The position numbers were made by a program, and so were the translations under genes. Shown here piece after piece: positions 49,480 through 63,039 of a stretch of 64,000 nucleotides of DNA (within the stretch, counting starts at the first letter, position 1; the number at the start of each line of letters is the position of its first letter). The notes beneath the pieces are model-generated. The model did no database searches. It had not been told where the DNA came from and worked only from the letters and a program-made list of their open reading frames with translations. The stretch is from assembly GCA_964016885.1 (NCBI GenBank), contig OZ024741.1, forward strand, positions 234,732,001-234,796,000, in the 5' to 3' direction. Source of the DNA: Eledone cirrhosa (taxonomy: Eukaryota).

Positions 49480-49825
49480 TGTGAACACAGAAGGTGATAT
49501 TGTTAACAAGTCCACTTCACAATCATTAGGTCCTAGGTTTGATTCCACTGTGTAGCATCTTAGATGATGGTTATTTACCATAGCCTCATGTTGACCCACG
49601 CATTATTAGTGAAAATTGGTAGTGGTTGTGCTGGTGACAAAAGCACTCAGTACTCACTGTAAATGAGGTTGGTGTTAGGAAGGGCATCTAGCTGTAGAAA
49701 CCAAGCCAAAATCAGCTCTGTATGAGCTAGACATAGTCACCTGACCTAACATTACTCACAACAAGACAAATCATCTAACCCATGACAGTGTTGAAAAATG
49801 GGTGTAAAACGATGATAGTGATGGT
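49480..49825 (+). mobile_element. Decayed tRNA SINE head plus core and RTE-type tail
   Basis: ggtttgattccactg B-box-like motif, ggtgttaggaagggcatctagctgtagaaa, and a taaaacgatgat tail. Confidence 0.65.
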
Positions 49826-50554
49826 GTTAGATAGATATATTCCCCCCTCTCTTTGTTTCTGTATCTTTACACAAATGGGGGGAAAACCAATTAAAATGTT
49901 TATTTTAATTTTAGGATGAGGTTTTATAAGAAATACAATTACAAGTAATTAATGTCATATATATACAGGGGAAAAATAATCAAGTAAATTATTAATTTGA
50001 ATTTTAGGAGAAAGTTATATATACATTCCTACTGTTGCTGTTATTCACATTGTACAATCGACCACATAATGCTAAAGTAGCAACAACCACACCCAAGGTA
50101 TCATATGTATATTTGAAAAAGTTTTAGAATAAGGTCTTGTTTAGTTAAAGTTAAAGTCTGTACAAATCTTGGAGACTCCTCAAGCTTGGGCTTATAACAG
50201 TTTTCATTGGCATTAAGACTTCCTTCTAGACAGGATGCCAGTCCATTAAAGGGTTAACTCCCAGCAACTTCTGATACTCATTCTCACTTGAAATGAAGTG
50301 TTTTGATCAAGAACACAATGCACAACTTGGCCCAGGAATTGAATCCATGACATTATGATTGTAAGTTCAAAACACTAACTACTAGTTAGACGAGTTATCC
50401 TGCTGTGAGCAATGCTAGGTCAGGTAACCATGTCATGCTCAATGTATATATATATTTATGCTAATGTAAATTTGACAATTAATTAAATTTTAGAATAAGG
50501 TTTCGTTTAACTGCTATTATTTATGTGTGTCTGGTGAGGGCAATCGATTAAATG

Positions 50555-50732
50555 CATTGCAGTATTTTGTTACGGCCTTCTATGCTCTGGTTTCAGATAC
50601 TGCCAAGGTCAGCTTTGCTTTTATCCTTCAGGGTTTGATAAAATAAAATACCAGTAAGGTTCTGCGGTAGATATAATTGACTTTCTCCTCTCCACAAATT
50701 GCTGGCCTTGTACCTAAATTAGAAATCATTAT
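50555..50732 (+). mobile_element. SINE family A
   Basis: ctttgcttttatccttcagggtttgataaaataaaataccag...gctggccttgtaccta. Confidence 0.7.
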
Positions 50733-51144
50733 TTATGTGTGTGATATTAAGTGACATAAAGTTAAATTTTGCATATAATTAATTAATTTTCGTAAAATAA
50801 GATTTAAATTATGATGAGAGTAAATATTGGTAAGAATAATCGATAATGTATAAAATATCTAATTTGGTGCCATTATAGAGGAGTAGGCATAAGGAGGGAA
50901 CTTAATGAAGAAGTAAGGGGCGAAATGAATGATTTAGTGTATTAGTTATAATTAGAGTAACAAACTTTAAATAATAGTAAAATTAAAATTAGTTAATCAT
51001 AGGAAATGCATGTAATTCAAAAGATTTCAGTTAGATTATATAATGTTTGAAATAAAAAAGAAAAAGAAAGAGAAAAATTAAATAGTGAAAGTGAGGGAAA
51101 GGAGTGGCTGACTCTACACCCCAGTCTGGGCGGTATATTTCTGC

Positions 51145-51570
51145 TGTGCTCTGCAGACAAAATGGTGATGGTATTGCTATATAGAAAAGACAGCAATATT
51201 TGCTGTGTCAGCCACTCCATCATATATGGTTCTTTCCTCAAGCAGAATGTACTCCTCCCAATTTTGTGGAGGAAAATGGCATTTCAAGGACCGAGGGCAC
51301 CAGAGGTCTCAATGGTGACTGGCATGAAAAGGAAGTGGTGGTTAAGTCCTGGTATTTTGTTATCTTCTTTTTCGCATTGCTGGCAGAAGTGCTAGGGGTT
51401 TATGGCCAAAACAACAAGGTTAGAGGTGGAGAACATGTTGTAGGATGTGGTGTTACAGATTGAGATTTAACTCCCTCAAACAAGAAGAGTGTTCTCTCAT
51501 CTGGGCTCTAACTATCATCAAAGTCAAGGCCAGCAGGCTCCAGCAGTGATAGAAACTGGTTGTCATACAA
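51145..51570 (-). mobile_element. Decayed restriction-like endonuclease (RLE) C-terminus of a CRE-like non-LTR retrotransposon
   Basis: Minus-strand pieces LLEPAGLD...SPD, AKKKITKYQDL, FLFMPVTIETSGALGP..IFLHKIG and WLTQQILLSFLYSN match the EPxGL..RPD...KxxKY...FxPxxxETxGxxG...LxQRLSxxxQRGN pattern. Confidence 0.65.
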
Positions 51571-51719
51571 TATTTATATGGATTGGTGTGTAATACTGTA
51601 GGTTAAGGTTTCTAAAAATATTGTGTAAATACAAAGTAAAAACCTACTACAGTCAGTAGGCATCTCTATCAAAACACACCCCCGTCCCACCACCTTCACC
51701 CCACCCACACCGCCCCTTT

Positions 51720-52024
51720 CAATGTAAAGTTATGTTGGTCCCACAACATCCAGGCCGAAACAAATGAGATCGTGTAGGTGTCACGACAAAAAACACACAG
51801 TCCACGCTGTAAATGTGGCCGTGTAGGCAACACGGTAAAAACCTCCCAGCCCCACACTGTAAATGTGGTTGGTGTTAGGAAGGGCATCCAACTGTAGAAA
51901 ACCCGCCAGACAGTCCTATGCAAGCAAGACAACCACTCTTGCCTCAAATGGGAAAACCCCCGTCCAAACCCATGCAAGCGTGGAACACAGACGCTAAACC
52001 TGATGATGATGATGATGATGATGA
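51720..52024 (+). mobile_element. SINE core/VNTR element with (tga)n tail
   Basis: Inverted near-copy of 19380-19680. Confidence 0.82.
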
Positions 52025-52689
52025 TTGTGTGTAAGACAAAGGAAGATAGTTCAGAAAAGGAGTAAATTTGACGACAAAATATAAGATTAATATAAGTGGT
52101 ATTAAGATTAGCTAATTATAATCATAGTGTGTGTTTGGGAGCTTTGTTTAATATTAACAGTGAGCTACTGACATTAAAAAAAAATTAGAAATTGATTCCT
52201 ATTTTAAAAGTTGTTAATTACTAAATTATAATCTTCCCCGAAGAAGAATGCATTACCCAATATAAGTTATTGATTAGTGACTTAAGAGTATGAACTAGAT
52301 GCATACAGAAACCTAAGAAGGTCTTGAGGAAAGGGATTTAGAAGCTTAACTTTTAACATCCTGTACTGCACAAAAACCACAAACAAGACATTCTTGAAAA
52401 GTACAAAACAGCACAATGACTGCATTACATTATAAATTAAAGTCTTTATGCCAATTTTTACAATATGTTGACTTGTATAGAAACTATAAACATTTAAATG
52501 AATAAACCTGTTTTTAGATATTTTCTGTTAAAGCATTACAGGATGTTAAGAATTAAAGAGTTATCAAACAGCTATAGGTTTAGAGCAATGATTCTCATAG
52601 GGGAAGGGGGAATTCAAACTAGAAAAGAATAGTGTAAATTGGGTATATAGCAAATGAGATACCAATATACCCAACTATAAGGTAGATTG

Positions 52690-54030
52690 TGAATATATCA
52701 AATTGATTAGGAATAGAATTAATATTGATGAGATGCCATGAGGCTTTATACTGGGAAGAAGCATTATTGGTGCCATCGTCTTAGTGAAACAACTGCAGGA
52801 AAAGTATTTAGCTAGTAATAAACCCTTATACATAAAAATTACTGAGATGGAAAAGGTCTTTGACAAAATCCTACACACTGTAATCTGGTAGGCATTTAGG
52901 AAGATAAGGATAAATGAATGGCTTGTGAGGCTTGTAAAAGCTATTTATAGGGGTGCAGTCAATAAGGTGAGGATTAACAATGACTACAATAATGAATTTA
53001 GCTCATGGGTAGGAGTTTACCAAGGTTCAGTTCTCATTCTCATTCTGTTTATTATAATCCTCCAACAAGGGAATTCATGACTGGCTGTCTATGAGAACTC
53101 CTGTATACTGATGATCTAGCCTTTATACCAGAAACTGTAGAAGAAATAGTTCCAGGCATGGAAACTAAATCTGGAATCAAAGAGTTTCAGAGTAAACTTC
53201 GCAAAGACTAAAGTTTTAATTAGTAGGAAAGAGGATAATACACTGTCACCACCAAGAAAATGGCTGTGCTTAACTGGCAGAAACAGACTAGCTAGAAATT
53301 CTATATAGTGTGCCCAGTGTGGATATTGGATGTCCAAAAAATGTAGTGAGATCAAAGGTAGGCTGACAGAGAAGATAGACTTCATATGTGACTGGTGTAC
53401 AGAAGTAGTCAACAGTAAGGGTACTCAAGAAATAAACTCCTTTAAATATTCAGAAGGCTCACCAGAAATAGAAGAAAGCTTTTGCTATCTAAGTACCTTC
53501 ATTAACAATGGTGTTAGAAGTACTGAAAGTGTTGTAGCCAGAATGAGACTGGGATAGAAGTTCAGGAAGCTGTTATCTCTGCTGGCAACAAAGGCTTATC
53601 TCACAGAATGAAGGGCAGATTATATGATGCTTGTTTTCAAACTGCAGTGATTAAAAAGAAATGAAGCATGCATACTTTGCTGGATGTGTAATGCTAGTGT
53701 ACATGAATGACAGAGTACAAGGGAACTGAGGGAAAAGAAAAGTATAAGGGGAATTGAATATAGCATGCAAGACAGATGATTGTACTGGTATGATCATGTA
53801 ATGCATAAGGAGAGGGGGGGGGGGGCTAAAAAAAGTGAGGAGAGAGAAGATTGATTAAAGAAAGTGATGAGTGCTTGAAGTAGAGAGTGACAAAGGAAGA
53901 CATGGGATGAAGTTATGAACAATGACCTCAAGCAACTGAACCTTAGGAAAGAGATGACACAGGACTGAGTTGACTGTCAATTTAGTATATTACAAAATAC
54001 CTACCTACAAGTACGAGCACTACGACACTA
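52690..54030 (+). mobile_element. Decayed RTE, RT to C-terminus
   Basis: QLQEKYLA, MEKVFDKI, GVYQGSVL, LLYTDDL, a PHD remnant and KTWDEVM; homologous to 13940-15290. Confidence 0.85.
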
Positions 54031-54759
54031 AAACTAAATGTGGCAAGAGACTGGAGACGTATGAAGTGGAGAGATACTTTAACCAGCAGTGGATTAGACG
54101 ACCACCAATGTCACAAAAGAATGCATTCAATACCCCTCTCTGGTCCTGTGAAGCACTTGATTACCCCACTAGTGTTGGTGCCTGTCAGTGTGTGGTGGGT
54201 GTATTTTATGATGGTACCAATGGTAAAGAGATTGCCTTGTTTCCACAAGAAGAAAGAGTGTGTTAGGACTAAGGACTATAGAGTGGGTGGGGTGCTCTGC
54301 TAAAGGCCTTCTCCATAAAGCAAACAAGATTGAGGGTATGAATAGAAATGGAGTCACGACGAGGAGGTTCAAAGAGAAGAGAACATGAATGTGGGTGTAA
54401 AAGAGGAAAGAAATAAGATAGGAAGGGTAGGGTAGAGACAGTAGCAACTACATGTTGATTATTGGTGTTGGTGAGAGGTTCAATAGAAAACAGCATGAGC
54501 AATGTGATGGGATAGCAGTAATGTGCTATAGCAGGAGAGAGAGAGAGAGACATTTGTTTGGCAGCTAATTTGAACAGTGATTGTGTTGGAACTAAAATAG
54601 CTGTGTGGTTAAGAAGTTTATTTCACAACCACCTGGTTTTGAGTTCCAATTCATTGCCGAACCCTTTGGGAAAAATATCTTCTACTATAACTTCGGATTA
54701 ACCAATGTTTTGTGAGTTAAATAGGTAGATGGAAACTACTGAAGCCCGTTGTCTATATA

Positions 54760-55015
54760 TATCATCATCATCGATTAACGTCTATCTTCCATGCTAGCAT
54801 GGGTTAGATGGGTCCCATTTAGAGGCAAGTTGGGTAGGGTGACCTTGTCTCGATCATATAGGAGTGTTTCTGGCTGGATGCCCTTCATAACGCCAACCAC
54901 ATTGACAGTGTGTGCTGGGTGCTTTTTGCTGTGTTTTTTACATGTTCACTTTACAGTGTGGGCTGGGTGCTTTTTGTCGTGACACCCACATAACCACTTT
55001 ACAGTGTGGGCTGGA
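54760..55015 (-). mobile_element. SINE tail/core/VNTR element
   Basis: (cat)n tail, ctggatgcccttcataac core and 48-bp-type units. Confidence 0.75.
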
Positions 55016-55079
55016 TGTTATATACATGTATACACACATGGTCTATATATACATATTTGTGTATATATGCACATATCAG

Positions 55080-56260
55080 CACCTCCGTATTTACATCAAT
55101 TTTCCATGCTAGCATGAGTTAGGCGGGATTGTCCTGCTGTGGGCAATACTAAGTCAGGTGACTATGTCTTGTTCATACCGGTCTGGTGCTAGCTTAGTTT
55201 CTGTAGCTGGATGCCTTCCCAACGTCAACCTCAATTTACAGTGAGTTCTGGGTGCTTTTTATCATGACACCTACACGACTACTTTACAGTGTGGGCTGGG
55301 TGCTTTTTGTCTTGACTCCTACACGACCACTTTACAGAGTGGGCTGGGCACTTTTTGCCGTGTCACCATCGTGGCCACTTTACAGTGTGGGCTGGGGGGG
55401 CGTTACAGGATGCATTTACTTTGGCCTGTCCCCTTGGGGGGGGGGGGGGGGGGGCATACTGTATATATGCTTCAGCTTGTGCTCGTGGGAAGTCGGGTAT
55501 TCTGTATTACTGCGTATTGCCAGAGATCCCAGTCCTGTGTCATCGCCTTTGAGAGGTGTAATTGGGCAAAGTCGGCTTTTATCACCTCATCCCAAGTCTT
55601 CCAACGACTTTGAGCGCTCTGCACTTTTTTATGCAGCTGTCTGTCATCCTTCATACGCAATACATGTCCATACCAACGGAATCTCCTCTCCTGCACACAA
55701 CATTAGATTCCTCTTATGCCTAGTTTCTCAGTTCATTTATGCTTCACCATTCTCGTATATTACTATTACACATCAACATACCTGTTTGTACGCATGCATC
55801 ATTGAGGGAAAAGCCTTTTGTAGCCAGCAGTGGCAGTAGCTCACTGAACCTCCTCCATCTCGTTCTTAATCTGGCTACTGTACTTTTAATTAGCAGCGGT
55901 GGTGGGTGTTCACCCTCCACCGCTGCTAATTCGGTCACCCAAATAGCAGAAGTTGTCTACTGTTTCTACAGTTGGTAGCGTTTATTTCCTGCTTACTGTT
56001 CCAGTGCAACTGCTACATGTAAAGCCTACATTCTTAGCTAAACTTCCTGAGATCCCACTACATCTCTTGCGTACCCACAGTTTGCATATGGGGCAGAGGA
56101 TGGAGTTTCTAACAATGCCTTTCCTACATACCGAACATGGCCATTTCCCTGAGGGGATCTGGATTCTGTTTTCTCTTCTACTTACTAGGGCCTTAGTCTT
56201 TGTCAAGTTGACTTGAAGACAACTTCTTTCTAGACCCTGCTTCCATGTTTGAAATTCAAA
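55080..56260 (-). mobile_element. Composite element: old RTE 3' part (with PHD), VNTR, core, tail
   Basis: ORFs 55982-56341, 55744-55938 and 55472-55696 are RTE; VNTR at 55235-55395; core near 55205. Confidence 0.85.
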
Positions 56261-57635
56261 CACAGAATCGCTATAAATGATAATAGTGTCAGAAAAGCTG
56301 GTAAAATACTCTTCGGGGCCCCCCAAAAGGGTGGCCATCATATTCTAGCATTTCAAATTTCAAATCATCCAAACGCCTAGATAAATTGTAAAAATTGAAA
56401 TGTAGGTTGATAAGGAAGAAGCGCCAACTGATCAACCGGAGACAATAATAGAAGACACTTGCCCTAAGTGCAGCGCCGGATATAGGACAATTGAGGTCCT
56501 GTGCTAGTTAAGTTATGAGGCCCCAAACATTTGAAAAATTCACCGTAAAAAAATCTATTAGCAGGAAGATGCCCCCCTCCCTGCCGGGAAATACGGCACT
56601 GCCAAAATGCAGCGCAGTGGAATTGAACTCAGATCCACGTGGTTTTCAAAGCGAAGTTCTTAACTACTTAACTATGCATGAACATCTCTATGACAATGTA
56701 TATCAAACATAGAGAGAGAATGTGAATTAATATCATCCAAACTGTGTCAAGTCGTAGAATTTAGAAACAACATCTGAAAATGTAAACAGAAATTTTACTG
56801 GAAAGATCAAAGCCTTAACAACAAAGAAACCGGTGATAGACGGGGAAATGTTTACGTTTATTATTTCTTCCACATCAAAACACAATTCCCACCCTCTTCT
56901 CTATCTTTGCATCAGTGTTTCTGCGCCTTGTTTTCAAAGAGGCCACATTTCAAGTATTACTGATTTTGTTAGTTTATTTGGTAGTAATTATACACCAACG
57001 ACAATTTATGAATTTAGAAATACAATATACGTTGTCTATATTATATATTATGTGGTAAGACACACACTACAACTACGACTACTACACACACACATATATA
57101 TATTTGTGTGTGTATGTTTGCATGTGTATACATTCATGACCAACACGTTTATATATACATATATTCTTTATTATGATGAATTACTCTATTTTGAGCTGTG
57201 TGTAACATCTTCACCTACGGTTATAGCCTCTTATATTGTTTTTGTAAAACGCTATATATCTCATATATATATATATATATGCTCCTACACACATTATATA
57301 GATATATATGAGTAGATTTAAAAGTCCTGGCTTCTTAGATGAAGCGAGGGCAAGCGAAATGGATTACCTCCCTTATGTTTACATTGGGGAAAGGGAACGT
57401 CGAGTGGGTGGCAGTGAGCCACACTATAGCAGTAGCATAAGATCGCATTAGGAAAAAGGCTCTTTTCACTCTATTCTCTAAAACTTTTTTTAAAACAGGC
57501 TGAGCCAATAATCCCTTTGTATCACAGCCTGTCTGCTAAAAAGGATACACAATACCTACTGCCAACTTGTCTTAAAGAGGAACTAAAAACTCCAGCTGAC
57601 TACGAACCAACAGCAAGTGATTCATTTAAATTGTT

Positions 57636-57675
<40 letters not shown>

Positions 57676-57994
57676 GTATGTATATAAACACTGTGGCACA
57701 AGGCAGACACACAGACAACCATTGACAGATATGTACATATGTATATACATATAATGTAACTAACTTCTTGAAATCAACCGTTCAAAGCTGTTGGTTGTTC
57801 GTTCCAGATTTTCCATTAATTAAAAGGGTTTGCTGTTCAAGCGATTTAAATTTTTAATTCTTTTCCCAATGTCCGCCTTAACCTTTTCGTGTTCAGCCGA
57901 ACAAGATCCTAGCAAAGAAAAGCTGAAGTAACATCATTTTAATAAGATCTAATTAACGAATTTAATGAATTAATTAAAGTTATTAATTAAGTAC

Positions 57995-58081
<87 letters not shown>

Positions 58082-58385
58082 TAGATTGATGTGTGTAGAG
58101 AACGGGAGATTTGAGAACTGAGGGCTTTATTGACTGATTAGAATTGAACGTGGCTACAGTTTTGCTTAGGAAAGAAACTCTCCAGCCAGGCCAGGGCATT
58201 ATCTGCCCAGGACACTTTGGCCCTTATATCTGACTCCAGTTTCGGGGCGGGGCCTTTCTGATGGACAAGGTATTATTACATCTGATAGCGGGTACGTGTT
58301 GTCTTCAGGCAAGTCTCGTATACTCTTTCACTTTATTATTTTTATTGCTTTGTTTTGCATTTGAACAAATCTGAGATACACACAC

Positions 58386-58416
<31 letters not shown>

Positions 58417-58775
58417 GTGTGTGCATATATGTATGTATGTATATATATATAACTGTGTGTGTGCATATATGTATATATATATATATATATGTGTGTGTGT
58501 GCATATATGTATGTATATATATGTGTGTGTTAATATGTTTGTATGTCTCTATCTAACTATCTATACGCATATATATAATGTAGGTATTTATGTTATATTG
58601 ATTAGCTACTGATGATCTTAGAATGGAGCAGGCCTACGGTCAAAGATGTCCCAGTCGTGACTATTTAGGAGTATATTCAATTTGCCCTTCCGTTTTTATA
58701 AATCTGTAAAAATGTGATTTGTTTTGGCTGTTATTTCTAGCAAGTGTATATGGTAGCTTAACTGTAACGTCGCGC

Positions 58776-58835
<60 letters not shown>

Positions 58836-58867
58836 GTATACACACACACGACATTATATATATATAT

Positions 58868-58920
58868 GGGCTTCCTGATGAATTCTCCCGAATGAAACAG
58901 TTCTAGTCCTGTAGAAGCCT
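58868..58920 (+). ncRNA. Candidate minimal hammerhead motif (decayed)
   Basis: ggcttc-CTGATGA-attc(tccc)gaat-GAAA-cagttcTA-gtcctgta-gaagcc. Confidence 0.4.
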
Positions 58921-59119
58921 TTTCTATATTAAATATATATATATATATATATAATAAGGGTTGACGGGCCCAGCATATTTATCAATGCCAGTATATAGAT
59001 ATTGAAACGAATAGTCATATCATATAGAAGTCATTTCTATATGAAATAAATATGTACCTCCCTTTTTAATGTATCGAATACCGTATTTAACTGTGGTTCC
59101 TTTTCGCAGAACAATTCTT

Positions 59120-59250
59120 TAATATATATATATGTGTGTGTTTATATATATATGTGTGTGTTTATATATATATGTGTGTGTTTATATATATATATGTGTG
59201 TGTTTATATATATATATATGTGTGTGTTTATATATATATATGCGTGTGTT

Positions 59251-59281
<31 letters not shown>

Positions 59282-59329
59282 TTATATATGTTTGTGTGTG
59301 TTTATATATATGTGTATGTGTGAGTGTGT

Positions 59330-59375
<46 letters not shown>

Positions 59376-59492
59376 TTATATATGTGTGTGTGTGTGTTTA
59401 TATATGTGTGTGTGTGTGTTTATATATATGTGTGTGTGTGTTTATATATATATAAGTGTGTGTTTATATATATATATATATATATATATACA
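59120..59492. repeat. Compound microsatellite [(TA)n(TG)nTT] repeated
   Basis: Direct inspection. Confidence 0.95.
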
Positions 59493-60279
59493 TACAGAAA
59501 TCCTCCCATGGATAAGTCGTTAGACTGTATTACTAGGAAATTCACCATCAAACTACCTATTATTGTTGTTTTCTAAGCAGGGAAACTGGAATGGATATAA
59601 TTAAATTGTTTCGAATAGAATTTAATATGCAATTCCCCCTTATGAATTTCATCTTCCGACCCTGAGAGCTGACTATTAAATAGTTAAATATTGACTTTGC
59701 TGTTTCCACAATACACACACGCGCACACATACACGTGATTGGTGCGCGCGTTTGCATTATATTTGTGTGTGCGTGTATGTATATGTAATTATATATATAT
59801 ATATATGCATATACAGTATATCCGTGTTTGTTCGTGTATATGTATAATATATGATGTGTATATAGCTACAAAATAAATGGATCTCAATTGCTTTCGACGA
59901 TGAGTATTCCAGTTGTTTGATAAGCCGTTATATGTGGCTGAGTATTCCACGAAAAATTAGCATGATACAATATGTGTTAAGTCTAGTCGTTCAAATTACT
60001 GATACAGTCCATCCAACAGTTTCCGTCTATCCAATTTTATTCAGTATTTGAGTGAACACGAGGCAACGACAGAAAAGGATCGAACTCCTCTCCTCATGAT
60101 TACGAGCAAACTCGTTAACTATACGGTCATACTGGGTCATTGCCTTCAAAGGATTTAGATTCCTATCGAGCCCAGTGCACCATTTTTTAAAGTCTAGTTC
60201 TTATTTTATCGATCTCTTTGAGTCGAACCGCTCCGTTATGGACCAAACAAACATAAACACACACACACATATAATCTTG

Positions 60280-60700
60280 GCCATGTAGATTGGTGTTAGG
60301 AAGGGCATCTTGCTGTAAAATATATTCAGTCAATGCTGTAAAGTGGTTGTTGCTAGGAAGGACATCTCATTGTAAAATGTATTCAGTTCATACTGTATGT
60401 AAAGTAGTTGTTGCTATGAAAGGGCATCTCGTAAAATGTACCCAGTCCATGCTGTAGAGTGGTCGATGCGAGGAAGGGCATTTTCCTGTAAAATGTATCC
60501 AGCTGTAAAATTATGACCAGAAAGGGAATTGGAAGAGACACAAACTGCAGTGCCATCAAACTGTCTAGGAGAGCAGTAACTTGGAAAAAAATTGACTTTG
60601 TAGTCCTGCCATATATAACATCTCTAGTACTGGTTATATAATAAAATGTACACAGTCCATGTTGGAAAGTGATTGGTATTAGGAAGCTCATCCAGTCAGT
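60280..60700 (+). repeat. Degenerate tandem array of the SINE core motif
   Basis: aggaagggcatct..gtaaaa recurs about five times, separated by cagtccatgctgta units. Confidence 0.65.
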
Positions 60701-61514
60701 AAAACCATGCTCTAAAAATAAAGATGGCTTGCTTTTTTTGTCGTCGTGAGTGGCAGATGATAAAAGACTATGTCAAGTATCGAAATAGTGCAGGGCCTAT
60801 CCAACTCATTCTAGCTTTGAAAAACAGACATAAAATAATGATGGTATGTGTGCAAGTATGGTTGTATAGTCAACAAGTTCACTGCACAATCATGTTTTAA
60901 GTTCGATCACACCACATGGTACCTTGAGTAAGTTTCTTCTACCATAGACATGGGTCAACTCAAGTTTTGTGAGAAAAATTTGGTAAACATAAGTTGTTTC
61001 AGAAGCCATGATCCTAGGTATACTGTGTCTGAAGAAAAAAGGTGGGGATGGGTTTTGTTGGAATGCTTCTGATCATAGGCTTATTTATTAAGTGTTGACT
61101 TGGACTTAACACTTAACATCATGTAATAATTTAACAGAAAATAGTTTCTTAATTCAAATGTTTGTAGTATCTTTACTAGTTGACAGATAGTGTTAAAAAT
61201 GTTCAGTAAACTATAGACCTTAATTCTTAATGTGATGTAGTCATAGGGCAGTTTGATATTTTTCAAGAATGTCTCCTTGATGCAGTTTCATGGATGTTAA
61301 AAGTTAAACAACAACATACACAAGCACAGAAAGAAAGATAACATGAAAACACTAAATACAAATCGATATGGTTTTGCTCCAGCATGGCCAAAACTCACAG
61401 AGGTTCAAACTAACTGAAGATGCTGGCATGAAAAACAAAATAAATGTAAAACATTACAAAAATAAAACATTTTAAAAACAAATTTTACACAAAGATCTTC
61501 AATGTTCAGTTGTT

Positions 61515-61732
<218 letters not shown>

Positions 61733-61780
61733 CTCTAGTTGTTTCTACTTCAATGTTCAGTTGTTAATTATCTCTCTTTA

Positions 61781-61811
<31 letters not shown>

Positions 61812-61812
<1 letters not shown>

Positions 61813-61972
61813 GTTGTTTCTACTTTTGGCACAAGGCCAGCAATTATCACAGTGTATTACTGGTACTTTATTTTATCGACCCCGTAAGGATGAAAGGCAA
61901 AGTTAACCTCGGTGGGATTTGAACTCAAGCCGTAAAGGGACGTAACTATGCTGGAAAGCATGGCGTCCAACG
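61812..61972 (-). mobile_element. SINE family A
   Basis: Close match to 9285-9400 and 48410-48595. Confidence 0.82.
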
Positions 61973-62265
61973 AGGAAGTTTCATTTACACATGCTGCCCC
62001 TCAAATTACACCAGGATATATATACACATACACCCACACACACACAAAAAAATAGGCCCAATGCCTATATATATACATTCTTGGTCCACATACTACTACA
62101 AAAATATATCTTTTGTTGCATCATCAGTCTGAGGAGCAGATCGATACTGGAGTCGGGTCCATAACTCCTAAGGGTCACCTTGAGCCAATCCTCTGCAAAA
62201 CGCACGTAACAGGTCGATACGCAATAAATATTTTTCATATGTAAACAAAACTTCCTCGTTTTTTC

Positions 62266-62311
<46 letters not shown>

Positions 62312-62318
62312 GAAAAAA

Positions 62319-62591
62319 CCGGGCAATGTGTTGTTTCCTTGAGCACGACACTTTATTTCACATTGCTCCAGTTTACTCAGCTGTAGAAATGAGATGATAG
62401 GGACTGGGGTCCCTATCATTCCACTGCAAAGTGGTCGTGGAGGTGTCACGGAAAAAAAGCACCCAGCACTCACTGTAATGAGGTTGGTGTTAGGAAGGGC
62501 ATCCAGCTGTAGAAATCAAGCCAGAATCAGTTCCCGTCCCACCCTTGCAAGCAGGGAAAAGCGGACGTAAAATGATGATGATGATGATGAT
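62319..62591 (+). mobile_element. SINE family B, 5'-truncated, with RTE tail
   Basis: Inverted near-copy of 9505-9775. Confidence 0.88.
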
Positions 62592-62601
62592 ATATATATA
62601 T

Positions 62602-62672
62602 AAATGACGTCTACTGGACTAGACTGATGATTTCATATGAATGAAACAGTTGTAGTCTTGTAGAAGTCATTT
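62602..62672 (+). ncRNA. Candidate minimal type I hammerhead motif, Penelope-like context
   Basis: aaatgacgtctac-tggact-aga-CTGATGA-tttc(atat)gaat-GAAA-cagttGTA-gtcttgtagaagtcattt, followed by aataaa. Confidence 0.5.
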
Positions 62673-63039
62673 CTGTATATAATAAAGATACCTATACTCT
62701 ATCAATGTATTGAGTATCTCCTTTATCTGTGTTTACCCACCTGACACAACTCAGGAATATACATATGTATGCAATACTCTTCCTGCCTGTGTCTCTTACT
62801 AAACCTGAATATAATTTGAGTGACAAAAATGTTGATCAACTGCAAAAAATTAGAGGTAGATAAGTTGATAGCTGTGTGTATCTCGGTTTTTGGAATATGT
62901 ACACCATATTCCTGCGTGTCATAAGAGATGATTAAAAGAGATGGTGTCAAGGTCATCTGGTTGTAAAACATTATTTCAAAACATCTCATCCAACCCTTGG
63001 CAGCATAGAAAAGTGGATGTAAAAACGATAATGATGATA

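Noticed and set aside
59132-59576. YI/CV-rich ORFs here and at other TA/TG/CT tracts, including 61510-61767
   Set aside because: Dinucleotide microsatellite translations.
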